Shown piece after piece: positions 27,997 to 36,032 of a DNA stretch of 49,454 nucleotides. A model generated the notes under the pieces. The model did not search any database, had not been told where the DNA came from, and saw nothing but the letters and a program-made list of their open reading frames with translations. Each line of letters begins with the position of its first letter. The first letter of the stretch is position 1. Source of the stretch: a virus. Taxonomy: Duplodnaviria; Caudoviricetes. The stretch is taken from the IMG/VR virus record IMGVR_UViG_3300036783_000353, positions 1-49,454 of that record; one strand, written 5' to 3'. A program made the translations under genes and the position numbers.

Positions 27997-28539
27997 CTAA
28001 TGGGTAGCGATTTGTGTAGCAGTTACTTTGTCATAGGTTCGTTCGCAAGTGCTGCCGGCGACATAACGTTCATCAGCCTCTTTTGCGAACTCTCCCGCCA
28101 GGCTGTCAGCTTCGCCAAGCAGCTGGGCGAGCAGACTGGCGACCTCGGCTTTTGCTGCGCTTGCGGCGGCAATTGCGGAAAGTCGGCCTGTTTCGCTTCC
28201 TGCGAGTTTCCGCTGTAAGACTTTGAGCTGCTTCCGCAGCCCGTCAGCAGCAAGATCAGCAGCATCAGCATCAGCCTGCACATTTGCCAGCTCGTCGGCG
28301 GCCCTTTTCTGTTCATCGTCAACCGCCCTCTGTCTGCGCCGTTCTTCCGCACGCTCGGCGACCTCGCTGTGCAACGTTGCGGTTGAGTCAGCCAGGTCAC
28401 GCTGCAACCACTGAAGGTTCCAGGCGGAATCCGCCGACTCATAACCCGCGTCGTATGCTCGCCATAACAAAAAAACCACCAGCAATGTGATCGCCAGTGG
28501 CTTCCAGTATTTCCCGAGCAACCCGAGCAGCGCCGTCAT
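27997..28539 (-). CDS. i-spanin (Rz-like, DUF2514)
   Basis: N-terminal TM, coiled coil, ADERYVAGSTCERTYD C-terminus; follows the endolysin. Confidence 0.9.
   Translation of the reverse strand: MTALLGLLGKYWKPLAITLLVVFLLWRAYDAGYESADSAWNLQWLQRDLADSTATLHSEVAERAEERRRQRAVDDEQKRAADELANVQADADAADLAADGLRKQLKVLQRKLAGSETGRLSAIAAASAAKAEVASLLAQLLGEADSLAGEFAKEADERYVAGSTCERTYDKVTATQIATH
28023..28283 (-). CDS. o-spanin (Rz1-like lipoprotein) embedded in Rz
   Basis: MCRLMLMLLILLLTG/C lipobox, Pro-rich mature part with CSPSC, different frame inside the i-spanin gene. Confidence 0.85.
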   Translation of the reverse strand: MCRLMLMLLILLLTGCGSSSKSYSGNSQEAKQADFPQLPPQAQQKPRSPVCSPSCLAKLTAWRESSQKRLMNVMSPAALANEPMTK

Positions 28540-29147
28540 ACCAGCACCGATTTTGCCTTATCGAAGCGCTTGCGGCGGTCATCAAGGCCGTTGGTACCGC
28601 CATTGATAATTTTCGTGACTTTTTCCACGTCGCCCGGATATTTCAGGCAGCCCTTTGAAACGTAAAACCATGCAGCTGAACGTGCTGCATACGGCTCTTG
28701 CTCAAGGAATTGTGGTGCAGCCAGCAGATCGACACCGATTCCTGTGGCGCATTCTTTGTAATTGTCGTGCCCGGTAATCTGAATCAGGCCACGGCCGCGA
28801 AAATTCCAACCATCATTTTCTTCAACATTGCCCATGCGGTGCGCATAGACAATATTTGCGATAGCCTGCTGGTTCGCTGGGTGATCCGCTGTACGTCCAT
28901 ACTGCTGTGCCGTATCACCAGGGAAATATTTACCGAACGTCGCCTTTAATCCTTCAGCTGAATAATTCAGGTTCTCCACGATACGGGTAAAGCCTCCAGA
29001 TTCGTGCCCCACCTGGGCGATAAACATCGCCTGATCATGTGCCTCGACGATCCCAAACTCTGCCATTGCTGCGCTGACCGGCTGAAACCAACGCGCGGCA
29101 ATTCCAGCGCTGATTCCAGCTGCCTGCTGAAACTGTGATTGATTCAT
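28536..29147 (-). CDS. Endolysin, glycoside hydrolase family 19
   Basis: FIAQVGHESGGF...ENLNYS, FRGRGLIQITG..NY, SAAWF, TKIINGGTNGL.DR. Confidence 0.95.
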   Translation of the reverse strand: MNQSQFQQAAGISAGIAARWFQPVSAAMAEFGIVEAHDQAMFIAQVGHESGGFTRIVENLNYSAEGLKATFGKYFPGDTAQQYGRTADHPANQQAIANIVYAHRMGNVEENDGWNFRGRGLIQITGHDNYKECATGIGVDLLAAPQFLEQEPYAARSAAWFYVSKGCLKYPGDVEKVTKIINGGTNGLDDRRKRFDKAKSVLV

Positions 29148-29152
29148 AGGGT

Positions 29153-29455
29153 TTACTCTGTTTTGTGAGGATTGTGATACCGGAAGATTTTCGAAATATT
29201 GCCACCAGCCAGGACAACGACAGCAGCGAAGGCCATGATCAGGAGGGCTTCAGGTGGGCTGACGGTTTTATAGTGGTCGGTGAGTATGAGGATCACGATA
29301 GAACCGCTGGCCACGATCAAAATGAGGGTGAAAATCTTAGCGAAAATACTGTGCTTTGCTCCCTTGCGCTGATAGGTTCCCAGCGTGATGGAAATCACCG
29401 AACAACTGAACGCTGTCAGCATCAGGAGCGCTTCATTTAGCGTTACCATCCCCAC
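29153..29455 (-). CDS. Holin-family membrane protein (3 TM)
   Basis: Three hydrophobic segments, YQRKGAKHS loop, GGNISKI; directly upstream of the endolysin. Confidence 0.75.
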   Translation of the reverse strand: MGMVTLNEALLMLTAFSCSVISITLGTYQRKGAKHSIFAKIFTLILIVASGSIVILILTDHYKTVSPPEALLIMAFAAVVVLAGGNISKIFRYHNPHKTE

Positions 29456-29831
29456 CTCCGGAAAGCAGACGGCTCAGGATTGTCTGAACGTTCACTTTCC
29501 TCAGTGAGATGAGGAAGCATACGCCCACTGCCGCTGCGACCGTCGCACCCAACCAGGTGCCAATCACTATTCCATCGGGCAGATATTTCCCTACCAGTTC
29601 GTTGAGAATCGCCGTTGTCAGCTCTGCACCCAGAATACCGATCAGGAAAGACGCCACGAAATACCCCACTTGCGCTATTCGGCTCAATTCCTGTGATGAC
29701 AGCACGTAGACAACGGCACCAGCAAACGCCCCGACATAAACCCCTGCTGGCGTATCTGCAAGCAGGCTTGCAAACGTAACGCTCGTTATTGCCAGCGTAG
29801 TAGTCGTGGCTGTGGATACAGGTTCACCCAC
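29433..29831 (-). CDS. Putative holin/antiholin
   Basis: EPVST N-terminus, GAFAGAVVYV, F..SFLIGILGA; multiple TMs; GTG start. Confidence 0.75.
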   Translation of the reverse strand: MGEPVSTATTTTLAITSVTFASLLADTPAGVYVGAFAGAVVYVLSSQELSRIAQVGYFVASFLIGILGAELTTAILNELVGKYLPDGIVIGTWLGATVAAAVGVCFLISLRKVNVQTILSRLLSGGGDGNAK

Positions 29832-29988
29832 CTCAGCCCCCTAAAGTTATGCCCGGCAAAGCGAGCCTGCTATGAATAAAAAATCCCCGAATATCCAGGA
29901 GCGGCGACGGGGAAATGAGTTGCACTAAAACGGACCTGTCAGCGGCCTTAATAATGCGCCCCGCAGGACGCATGATAAAAACGCTGCT

Positions 29989-30252
29989 TTACTCCTGCTC
30001 GACTATGCAGTCGGCGTAGGTGTGAACGAAGCGCCCGGTCTTTGATGATTTGTAATAAACACCAGCGCCGCTTTTGCTGGTGGCAACTTTCCCTGTCGAT
30101 TCGTCTTTAAATACCGATGCACCTCCGCTGTAACAGGTGATGGTCGATTTCGAACCATAGGAGCCAATATTTGCCATGTCGGCATCAGTACAACCACCAG
30201 CGACCAGCGCAAGCGAAATCCCTGCCACTGCGATCAAACAGCGTGAAAGCAT
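29989..30252 (-). CDS. Small lipoprotein
   Basis: Start MLSRCLIAVAGISLALVAGG/C (lipobox); ITCYSGG...STGKV...ADC with two further Cys; SD GGAGG/AGGA. Confidence 0.8.
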   Translation of the reverse strand: MLSRCLIAVAGISLALVAGGCTDADMANIGSYGSKSTITCYSGGASVFKDESTGKVATSKSGAGVYYKSSKTGRFVHTYADCIVEQE

Positions 30253-30275
30253 ATTTCCTAACCTCCAGAAACGAC

Positions 30276-30298
30276 AAAACCCGCTCGGAGGCGGGTTT
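30276..30298 (-). terminator. tR'-like terminator downstream of Q
   Basis: AAACCCGC-(7 nt)-GCGGGTTT hairpin about 65 nt after the Q stop. Confidence 0.8.
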
Positions 30299-30324
30299 AT
30301 ATAATTTTGGCAACATACCAAATT

Positions 30325-30360
30325 AGCCTTAAATATCGGCTATTTTGTTCGGTTTTGCAA
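30325..30360 (-). promoter_or_regulatory. Probable late promoter pR'
   Basis: TTGCAA -35 just after Q, weak AT-rich -10 (GATATT/TATTTA), then a terminator; lambdoid Q/pR'/tR' layout. Confidence 0.45.
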
Positions 30361-30363
30361 TAG

Positions 30364-31050
30364 TCAGTCGGTAACTTCGTCTAAAACTTGATCCATCTTA
30401 AGAAATAAAACCCCCTCCAACGCACGTCTATCCAGATCGATCACTGCAGCCTTTAAATCGCGCCAGTGCGGCGCGTATATTTCGCACCAGGTAGCGCGCG
30501 AAACTCCAAGGTGCGCCGCCAGCGCCGCTCCTGCATAAACCTTGTATGTGTCGTTCAGGTTCTGCGCGGCCACTTCCTGCACCGCCAGCCACACCAGCCC
30601 AATGAGCCGCTTTCTGGTTTTTTTCATCAACCCTGCTGGAAGGCGCTCGTGGTGCTCGTTCCAGATCGATTCACAAATCAACGTCTGGTGTTTAAATGCC
30701 AGATCAAAACCGTAGCAGTAGCGGAGCCATGACTGCCCATGTTCTGGGATCATATTCACTGCGCGGCGCCACGGTGCAGCCGCAAATTCATTATCGTTAA
30801 TCGGCGGTAATGGTCTGCGGCGACTGCGAGTTTCAAGAACGTAAAGCGCCGAGTTCTCGGCTTTGACTGCGCGAGTACCACCCTTTCCGTCCTCCAACTC
30901 AACAACATGAACCGGTTTACGTGAGTTTCGATTCTTATCCGCCAGCGGATTTTCGCTGAATGCCTCAAGCTGGCCTTTGGTTTTGCCTGAGGTATCCCTC
31001 AGGGCTTGAGTGAGCTCAAGTCGAGCGTAATTAAGCAAGTTTTCGTCCAT
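30364..31050 (-). CDS. Late-gene antiterminator Q
   Basis: LNYARLEL..AL.D.SG.TKGQLEAF, ETRSRRRPLPPI, WRRAV, WLRYCYG; upstream of the lysis cassette. Confidence 0.9.
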   Translation of the reverse strand: MDENLLNYARLELTQALRDTSGKTKGQLEAFSENPLADKNRNSRKPVHVVELEDGKGGTRAVKAENSALYVLETRSRRRPLPPINDNEFAAAPWRRAVNMIPEHGQSWLRYCYGFDLAFKHQTLICESIWNEHHERLPAGLMKKTRKRLIGLVWLAVQEVAAQNLNDTYKVYAGAALAAHLGVSRATWCEIYAPHWRDLKAAVIDLDRRALEGVLFLKMDQVLDEVTD

Positions 31051-31343
31051 CAGATAAACCCCTCACGACGCCAGATAGCGAGCGTTCTCATCACTCCCTC
31101 GGCGTGCATCAGCTTTAGCTCGTCATGGGTGTATTCGGTTTTCGCGCGCCCGTCGATTGCGTCGTGGCACCCATTGCAGGAAATCGCGCCCTGCAGGTCG
31201 TCGGGCTTGCAACCAGTTCCGCACGTACCGGCAAGCCGGTAATGCGCCAGTACGCTTGTCTCAGTATTAAAATTGCAGATGCCGGGGATACGAACGGTGC
31301 ATTCCCGGCCCCGGGCCTGCTTCCTGAGATCGACTTTTTTCAC
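31050..31343 (-). CDS. DUF1364 (YbcO-like) HNH-related protein
   Basis: LRKQARGRECTVRIPGICN...TSVLAHYR...G.KPDD...CNGCHDAIDGR; GTG start overlapping the MTase stop. Confidence 0.9.
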   Translation of the reverse strand: MKKVDLRKQARGRECTVRIPGICNFNTETSVLAHYRLAGTCGTGCKPDDLQGAISCNGCHDAIDGRAKTEYTHDELKLMHAEGVMRTLAIWRREGFI

Positions 31344-33319
31344 GCTGCCACCTCCTGCCCGGTGCATAGCTCGGGAAGATTCGCGCGCACCAGCGCCTCG
31401 GCGAACGGTGGCGGCACGGCGTTACCGCATCGTGCGACCTGCTTATCTTTTGCGTAGCGGTTGCCGTCAGCGTCCTGGTCAATCACGTACCACTCGGGGA
31501 AGCCCTGAGCGCGATACAGCTCATGCGGCTGTAGCATGCGCATGCAGATATCGACGATCTGGTAGGTGCATCCGTCGATTTCGATATATTCGCACCAGTC
31601 ATCACCGCAGTATTTCTGCAGGAATTCGCGGACCTTATTCGCGTTAGGGTGTTCATAGCCATACTCACCGGGCATCATCACAGACTGCACCTCTCCGATA
31701 TGCAGGCCACCAGCTGTAACTGTCGGCACAGGTTGAGTAATCTCCTGCCCGTCCCTGCAGTTCTTACGTAAAACCACGAGGTGAGATGTAACGAGAGCAT
31801 GATGATCGGTTGTCGTCACTGTATGGGCTGGCTCGTCCATTGCGATCCCCGCCCCCGTATAGTTGCCGCCGAAATGCTTCACCATGTGCGCAGTTACGAG
31901 GGCATGCTTTCCGCCGCCAGCAACGACAGTGCCGAGCGGCTTATCCAGTCCGGGCACGCGCGGTGATTGTCCTGGTCGTTCCGAATATCCCACCTGAATA
32001 AGCGTGGCGGCCGCCAACTGGCTTTTTCCACCTCCACCCGCGGTAATTGTTCCAGAAGGCTGATCGACTGAATGCGCCGTGCTGTTCCCAAACTGGCGCA
32101 CGACTACCGGCGCTACAACACAAGCGCGGGACTGCTTGAGGATTGTGTGAGCAGGCTGATCAACTCCGCGTGGCTTCGCCTGGTACTCACTGCCGCCATT
32201 GCCAGCGATGAAAGGGGTCAGCATGGCCTCAACCATACCGAGGGCATGCCCATTCCCGCCGGGGCGCTTTGAAGTACCTGCAGTGACCGTCGGCGCGGGT
32301 TCAGTCAAGGGCTGTCCGGTTGCGCCAGTGCGGAATTTTGTCAGGTGTGGGATCACGACGGCATAGCCGTGTTTTCTGGTAATTGTCTGTAATGGATCTG
32401 CCAGGGACTGACCACGGAAACAGTTGTAATTGCTCCCGGTGTGGTTACATTTCACAATGAAAGGCGCGGCATTGTGGATCACAAATTTTTGCATTCCGCG
32501 TGCCACGCGCTTTAGGGTGTTTTCTGCCAGTGGTTTTTTTCGGTCAAAAATTGAAGCTGCTGGAAGTGTCCAGTCGATGCAATCTGCTGCTGTCTTCCAC
32601 GGCTGCAGTGCACCATTTCTTACCGCATCCGTTTTTGGATCGCCGTGGCTTGCTGCAGGCCAAACAATCGGCCGCCCGTCGCACCGCATCACCATGAAGA
32701 ACCTTTTGCGTATCGTCGGCGCGCCATAATCACAGGCGCGTAGTACCCGGAAATCTACCGTGTATCCGAGGCCGGACAGTAATTTTTTTCCGTCTTTGCT
32801 GTTAGGCGCTACCCGAAGGAATTCGCAGGCCTCCGCGTGCGCCGGATGCCCGGCAGCGATACCGCTGGAGAGCATGCCGCAGAACGCTTCAAAGGTTTGC
32901 CCGGCTCGGTCTGGATCCGGGCGAGTCTCACAGTTGAGCAGTGGCCCCCACGTTTTAAACTCCTCTACGTTTTCCAGCATCATCACGCGGGGCCGAGTCT
33001 GCAGCGCCCAGCGGAGGACGATCCACGCCAGCCCCCTGATTTCTTTTTTTACAGGCTTCGCGCCTTTCGCCTTCGAAAAATGGCGGCAATCAGGACTGAA
33101 CCAGCCTAAATCAACGGGCCTCCCCGCTGTCGCAGCTACAGGATCAATATCAAAGACAGATTCGCAGTAATGCAGCGTGCGCGGGTGGTTACGGGTGTGC
33201 ATAGCGATAGCATGCGGGTCGTGGTTAATGGCAATGTCAACCGCGCGCCCGATAGCCTGCTCGATGCCAGTTGACGCCCCGCCGCCGCCTGCAAAATTAT
33301 CAACGATTAGTCCGCGCAT
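31340..33319 (-). CDS. DNA (cytosine-5) methyltransferase with long repetitive variable region
   Basis: DNFAGGGG (I), SPDC (IV), ENV (VI), RKRFF (VIII), RMLQPHELYRAQGFP (IX), GNAV (X). Confidence 0.95.
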   Translation of the reverse strand: MRGLIVDNFAGGGGASTGIEQAIGRAVDIAINHDPHAIAMHTRNHPRTLHYCESVFDIDPVAATAGRPVDLGWFSPDCRHFSKAKGAKPVKKEIRGLAWIVLRWALQTRPRVMMLENVEEFKTWGPLLNCETRPDPDRAGQTFEAFCGMLSSGIAAGHPAHAEACEFLRVAPNSKDGKKLLSGLGYTVDFRVLRACDYGAPTIRKRFFMVMRCDGRPIVWPAASHGDPKTDAVRNGALQPWKTAADCIDWTLPAASIFDRKKPLAENTLKRVARGMQKFVIHNAAPFIVKCNHTGSNYNCFRGQSLADPLQTITRKHGYAVVIPHLTKFRTGATGQPLTEPAPTVTAGTSKRPGGNGHALGMVEAMLTPFIAGNGGSEYQAKPRGVDQPAHTILKQSRACVVAPVVVRQFGNSTAHSVDQPSGTITAGGGGKSQLAAATLIQVGYSERPGQSPRVPGLDKPLGTVVAGGGKHALVTAHMVKHFGGNYTGAGIAMDEPAHTVTTTDHHALVTSHLVVLRKNCRDGQEITQPVPTVTAGGLHIGEVQSVMMPGEYGYEHPNANKVREFLQKYCGDDWCEYIEIDGCTYQIVDICMRMLQPHELYRAQGFPEWYVIDQDADGNRYAKDKQVARCGNAVPPPFAEALVRANLPELCTGQEVAA

Positions 33320-33501
33320 TGTTCGCTCTCCATAGCTTTGGCAAGAATAGAAATTTCGTGAATGATGGTTTCTTCGGGAGTGTCAGCCAGCCACAGGCGA
33401 TTAATATGCACCCTGAGTTTTTCGGCGTGGGGGGGATCGATCATTACCTTTCCAGCTGCAGCCAAAAACAGCACCCGGACTTCGTTAGGCCATTTAGTCA
33501 C
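33307..33501 (-). CDS. Hypothetical protein
   Basis: Overlaps both neighbours in operon fashion. Confidence 0.6.
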   Translation of the reverse strand: MTKWPNEVRVLFLAAAGKVMIDPPHAEKLRVHINRLWLADTPEETIIHEISILAKAMESEQCAD

Positions 33502-34091
33502 GCGGCATACTCCAGCAGCTGCATGGCTACGCTTTCGGCTTCCTGCTCAGTTGAAAAGCTACGAAACAGAATGGTGTTCCAGAGGACATTAAAAACGGCT
33601 TTATAAACTTCGTGGAATTCCCCCTCGCTCATATTTGCGAACGAGATAGAACGGGCCTCACGGCGGCGGGTATTGTCTGGCAACACAAACTCATCGTAGA
33701 AACCGGCTTCGACGGTTGCCCACTTTCGGAACGCCTCGAACGACTTAACCACAGCGTGACCATTGGCACGGCGCTGAGAGGTTCGCTCGATGTAATCCTG
33801 TTCGGTTTCGTGAAGTGCTTCATCGTTACCAATGATTGAGATCAAATAGCGGATATAGCCGTTGAGATACTGCTTTTCCGCTGGGGTGATCGTTCCACCT
33901 GCAGGCGTCCAGTATTCAAAGCCCATATTGAGCAATGCGAAAAAGCGTTTGTGGAAGAGGTAATTACGCGCTTGCTTAACGTCGCAGTTAAGCCACACGC
34001 CAATTTTTACACGTTGCAAAAAATCACTGGCCTCGGGCGTTGCCGGGGTCAGTGTATTTTGCGAGGTCTTTATCAGTTGGATATGCGCCAT
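33498..34091 (-). CDS. DUF1367 family protein
   Basis: L.PATPEA, RNY.FHKRFFALLN.GFEYW.P.GG, KSFEAFRKW, SISFANM...EF...YK; start MAHIQL. Confidence 0.9.
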   Translation of the reverse strand: MAHIQLIKTSQNTLTPATPEASDFLQRVKIGVWLNCDVKQARNYLFHKRFFALLNMGFEYWTPAGGTITPAEKQYLNGYIRYLISIIGNDEALHETEQDYIERTSQRRANGHAVVKSFEAFRKWATVEAGFYDEFVLPDNTRRREARSISFANMSEGEFHEVYKAVFNVLWNTILFRSFSTEQEAESVAMQLLEYAA

Positions 34092-34150
34092 CGGTTTTCC
34101 CCGTGGCACAATGTTACTCAGCAGGCTGTTCAGGCCTGCAGTGATTATAG

Positions 34151-34339
34151 CTAAACACCGTCGGCTTCTAAAGCGGGTAGACCAGCTTTTTTTCTCGACT
34201 CATTTAATGACGATATCGATGTTACGAACTCATCCTTGCGTAACGCGAAACCGCGCTTCACCTCCCCCCTCTCAAGGATCACCAACACCGGCCCTGTATG
34301 CTGTGTCACTCCTGGAAATAAGTTGTCGGGAATCTCCAT
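34151..34339 (-). CDS. rem: Rem-like antirepressor
   Basis: GFALRKDEFVTSISSLNESRKKAG matches the recalled E. coli Qin Rem segment GFILREGEFVTSLQALKEIGIKAG; same position upstream of the Q region; SD GGAG. Confidence 0.75.
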   Translation of the reverse strand: MEIPDNLFPGVTQHTGPVLVILERGEVKRGFALRKDEFVTSISSLNESRKKAGLPALEADGV

Positions 34340-34465
34340 AGCGCTCTCCAGTGGGTGTGCTTTCGCACGTCTGATTAGTTAAGCAAACGCTGCCCTTAAC
34401 TCAAATGCCAGAAGTGTGAATCTGGTGAAATAGAGACAGGCATCACGAATATTTTAAACATCGAA

Positions 34466-34485
34466 TACTGTAAATATATACAGTA
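34466..34485. promoter_or_regulatory. LexA (SOS) box
   Basis: TACTGTAAATATATACAGTA, one mismatch from the consensus TACTG(TA)5CAGTA. Confidence 0.95.
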
Positions 34486-34507
34486 TCACTAATCAGGATT
34501 TGATCAA
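34480..34507 (-). promoter_or_regulatory. Sigma70 promoter overlapped by the LexA box
   Basis: TTGATC-16 nt-TACTGT with extended TG; sulA-like layout; points toward rem. Confidence 0.7.
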
Positions 34508-34626
34508 CTTCGTGATACAAAAACTCTGTAACATGTTGTTTAGCTAGATGTTTCAGAAATGGCTTTAGATGTGTCAAATTTATGGCAGTTATAGAAGTTA
34601 AAGATCTATTCAGGATATCAGTTATG

Positions 34627-34647
34627 AAAAAACCCGCCGAAGCGGGT
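34627..34647 (-). terminator. Terminator after the Cys-rich peptide gene
   Basis: ACCCGC-TTCG-GCGGGT-TTTTT on the minus strand. Confidence 0.85.
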
Positions 34648-34666
34648 CTGGTTTTATTACTAATAC

Positions 34667-34816
34667 TTACGCTGCATGCTTACCGCTGCAGCTGCAAAGT
34701 GGGATAGGAAAAGGTCTTCCTTTCTTTGCGTGACGCATTACACCGTCTACACATACTGAGTAGCGGAAAATGATCTCGCAGGAACATCCACATTTGCGAC
34801 AGGTGCCCATTGCCAT
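34667..34816 (-). CDS. 49-aa Cys-rich basic peptide (Zn-ribbon-like)
   Basis: MAMGTCRKCGCSCEIIFRYSVCVDGVMRHAKKGRPFPIPLCSCSGKHAA; GGGA SD; followed by a terminator. Confidence 0.65.
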   Translation of the reverse strand: MAMGTCRKCGCSCEIIFRYSVCVDGVMRHAKKGRPFPIPLCSCSGKHAA

Positions 34817-34956
34817 AGCTTTGATTCCCTGCATACCTGTAAACCCATACAGATTGCATTTTGTTAGGAGAACCACTACACTTCGGCTGTCTAAGAAGAG
34901 TGTTGTGGTTGGATTACCTCCATACGCTACGGATGTGTTAGCGCACTTCCGCCCCT

Positions 34957-34983
34957 AAAAGCCCTGTTAGCGCAGGGCTTTTT
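34957..34983. terminator. Bidirectional hairpin terminator at the end of the ImmA gene
   Basis: AAAAGCCCTG-TTAGCG-CAGGGCTTTT. Confidence 0.75.
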
Positions 34984-35458
34984 ACATATAAAAATCGAAT
35001 GACATCTGTTGGGTTCTTACACCAATCGTTTCCAATGCTATATCTGCGAAAGTATCGGCTTGCCATTCTGCATCCTCAACACGAGTAGCTTCTTTAGCTG
35101 AAAAGTGTAACACCGGTTTATGGCCGAGAAGTAAATGACCTAATTCATGGAAAATAACGGCCAGAGCATGCTCTTCACCTAAGCAGGCATTAACATATAT
35201 TTTATTTGGTACGGTAATCGTCAGAGAGGCAGGGTCGCAGTGCCCAATTGTGAGATCGAATGTCAGGGCTTCCCATTCTTTATCAGTCATTACATCTAAA
35301 GTAACCCCATAAGTAGACAAACTTTCGAAAAAAAGATCGTAACGCTTACGCTTGCGTTTTGAAGCTGTAAGACCGATTGCATTGCAGAAGTTGATAGCCC
35401 TGTAAGCTATTTCTTCTTCTTGCATAGGTGACACCCTATTGCCTCTCATCTGATACAT
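34982..35458 (-). CDS. ImmA/IrrE family Zn metallopeptidase (stand-alone)
   Basis: IFHELGHLLLGH...AEWQADTFA (HExxH plus E..A..FA); likely start MYQMRG. Confidence 0.9.
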   Translation of the reverse strand: MYQMRGNRVSPMQEEEIAYRAINFCNAIGLTASKRKRKRYDLFFESLSTYGVTLDVMTDKEWEALTFDLTIGHCDPASLTITVPNKIYVNACLGEEHALAVIFHELGHLLLGHKPVLHFSAKEATRVEDAEWQADTFADIALETIGVRTQQMSFDFYM

Positions 35459-35460
35459 GA

Positions 35461-35820
35461 TCAACCCTCATTGTTGTTAATTTTTTGCAGTAATTCAGCA
35501 AAACTCTTGAGTTGCTCTGGCGTGAACTGCGACTTGGCAAATCCTGCCACCAGCATCTTCTGTTGCTGAGACAGACCATTCACCGGAACAGTATCATTCG
35601 CAACAGAAGCAAGTTCCTGAAGCCCTTCAACTATTACGCCTTTCGTTTTAAAGAAAGACTCAATTTTTTTAACCCATTTCTGGGGTATTTTTTTACTGCC
35701 TGTTTCTAATCCACTAAGAAATGCAGGAGTGGTTTCCAGTTCCTGAGACATAGTTAAAAGTGTGCTGCCAGTATCTATCCTCGCTTTTCTGACGGCCTTA
35801 CCGAATTCAGTGAGTGCCAT
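35461..35820 (-). CDS. XRE-family HTH transcriptional regulator
   Basis: LTEFGKAVRKARI...L..MSQEL.TTPAFLSGLETGSK; SD GAGG. Confidence 0.9.
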   Translation of the reverse strand: MALTEFGKAVRKARIDTGSTLLTMSQELETTPAFLSGLETGSKKIPQKWVKKIESFFKTKGVIVEGLQELASVANDTVPVNGLSQQQKMLVAGFAKSQFTPEQLKSFAELLQKINNNEG

Positions 35821-35978
35821 GATTAAATCCTCAGTTGGTTGGTATTGCAGACTGGCTCAATGCATGTCTGCTGGGTTGCTCATAATCTAATGAGCTAACT
35901 TTACCATTAGAAAGAGAAAAGTAAACCTTTTTGGTTAATTTTCTTACCGAATGCTGTGAATAAATTTATGCTTTGAAG

Positions 35979-35996
35979 AAACCCGCCGGAGCGGGC
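35979..35996 (-). terminator. Terminator after the HTH-IrrE fusion gene
   Basis: CCCGC-TCCG-GCGGG-TTTCTT on the minus strand. Confidence 0.7.
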
Positions 35997-36032
35997 TCAG
36001 TGTACTTATGAAGAAAGTGCCTCAGCTAGTGA

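Noticed and set aside
29989-30252. cor gene assignment
   Set aside because: It is a lipoprotein, but lacks the Cor sequence pattern as I recall it.
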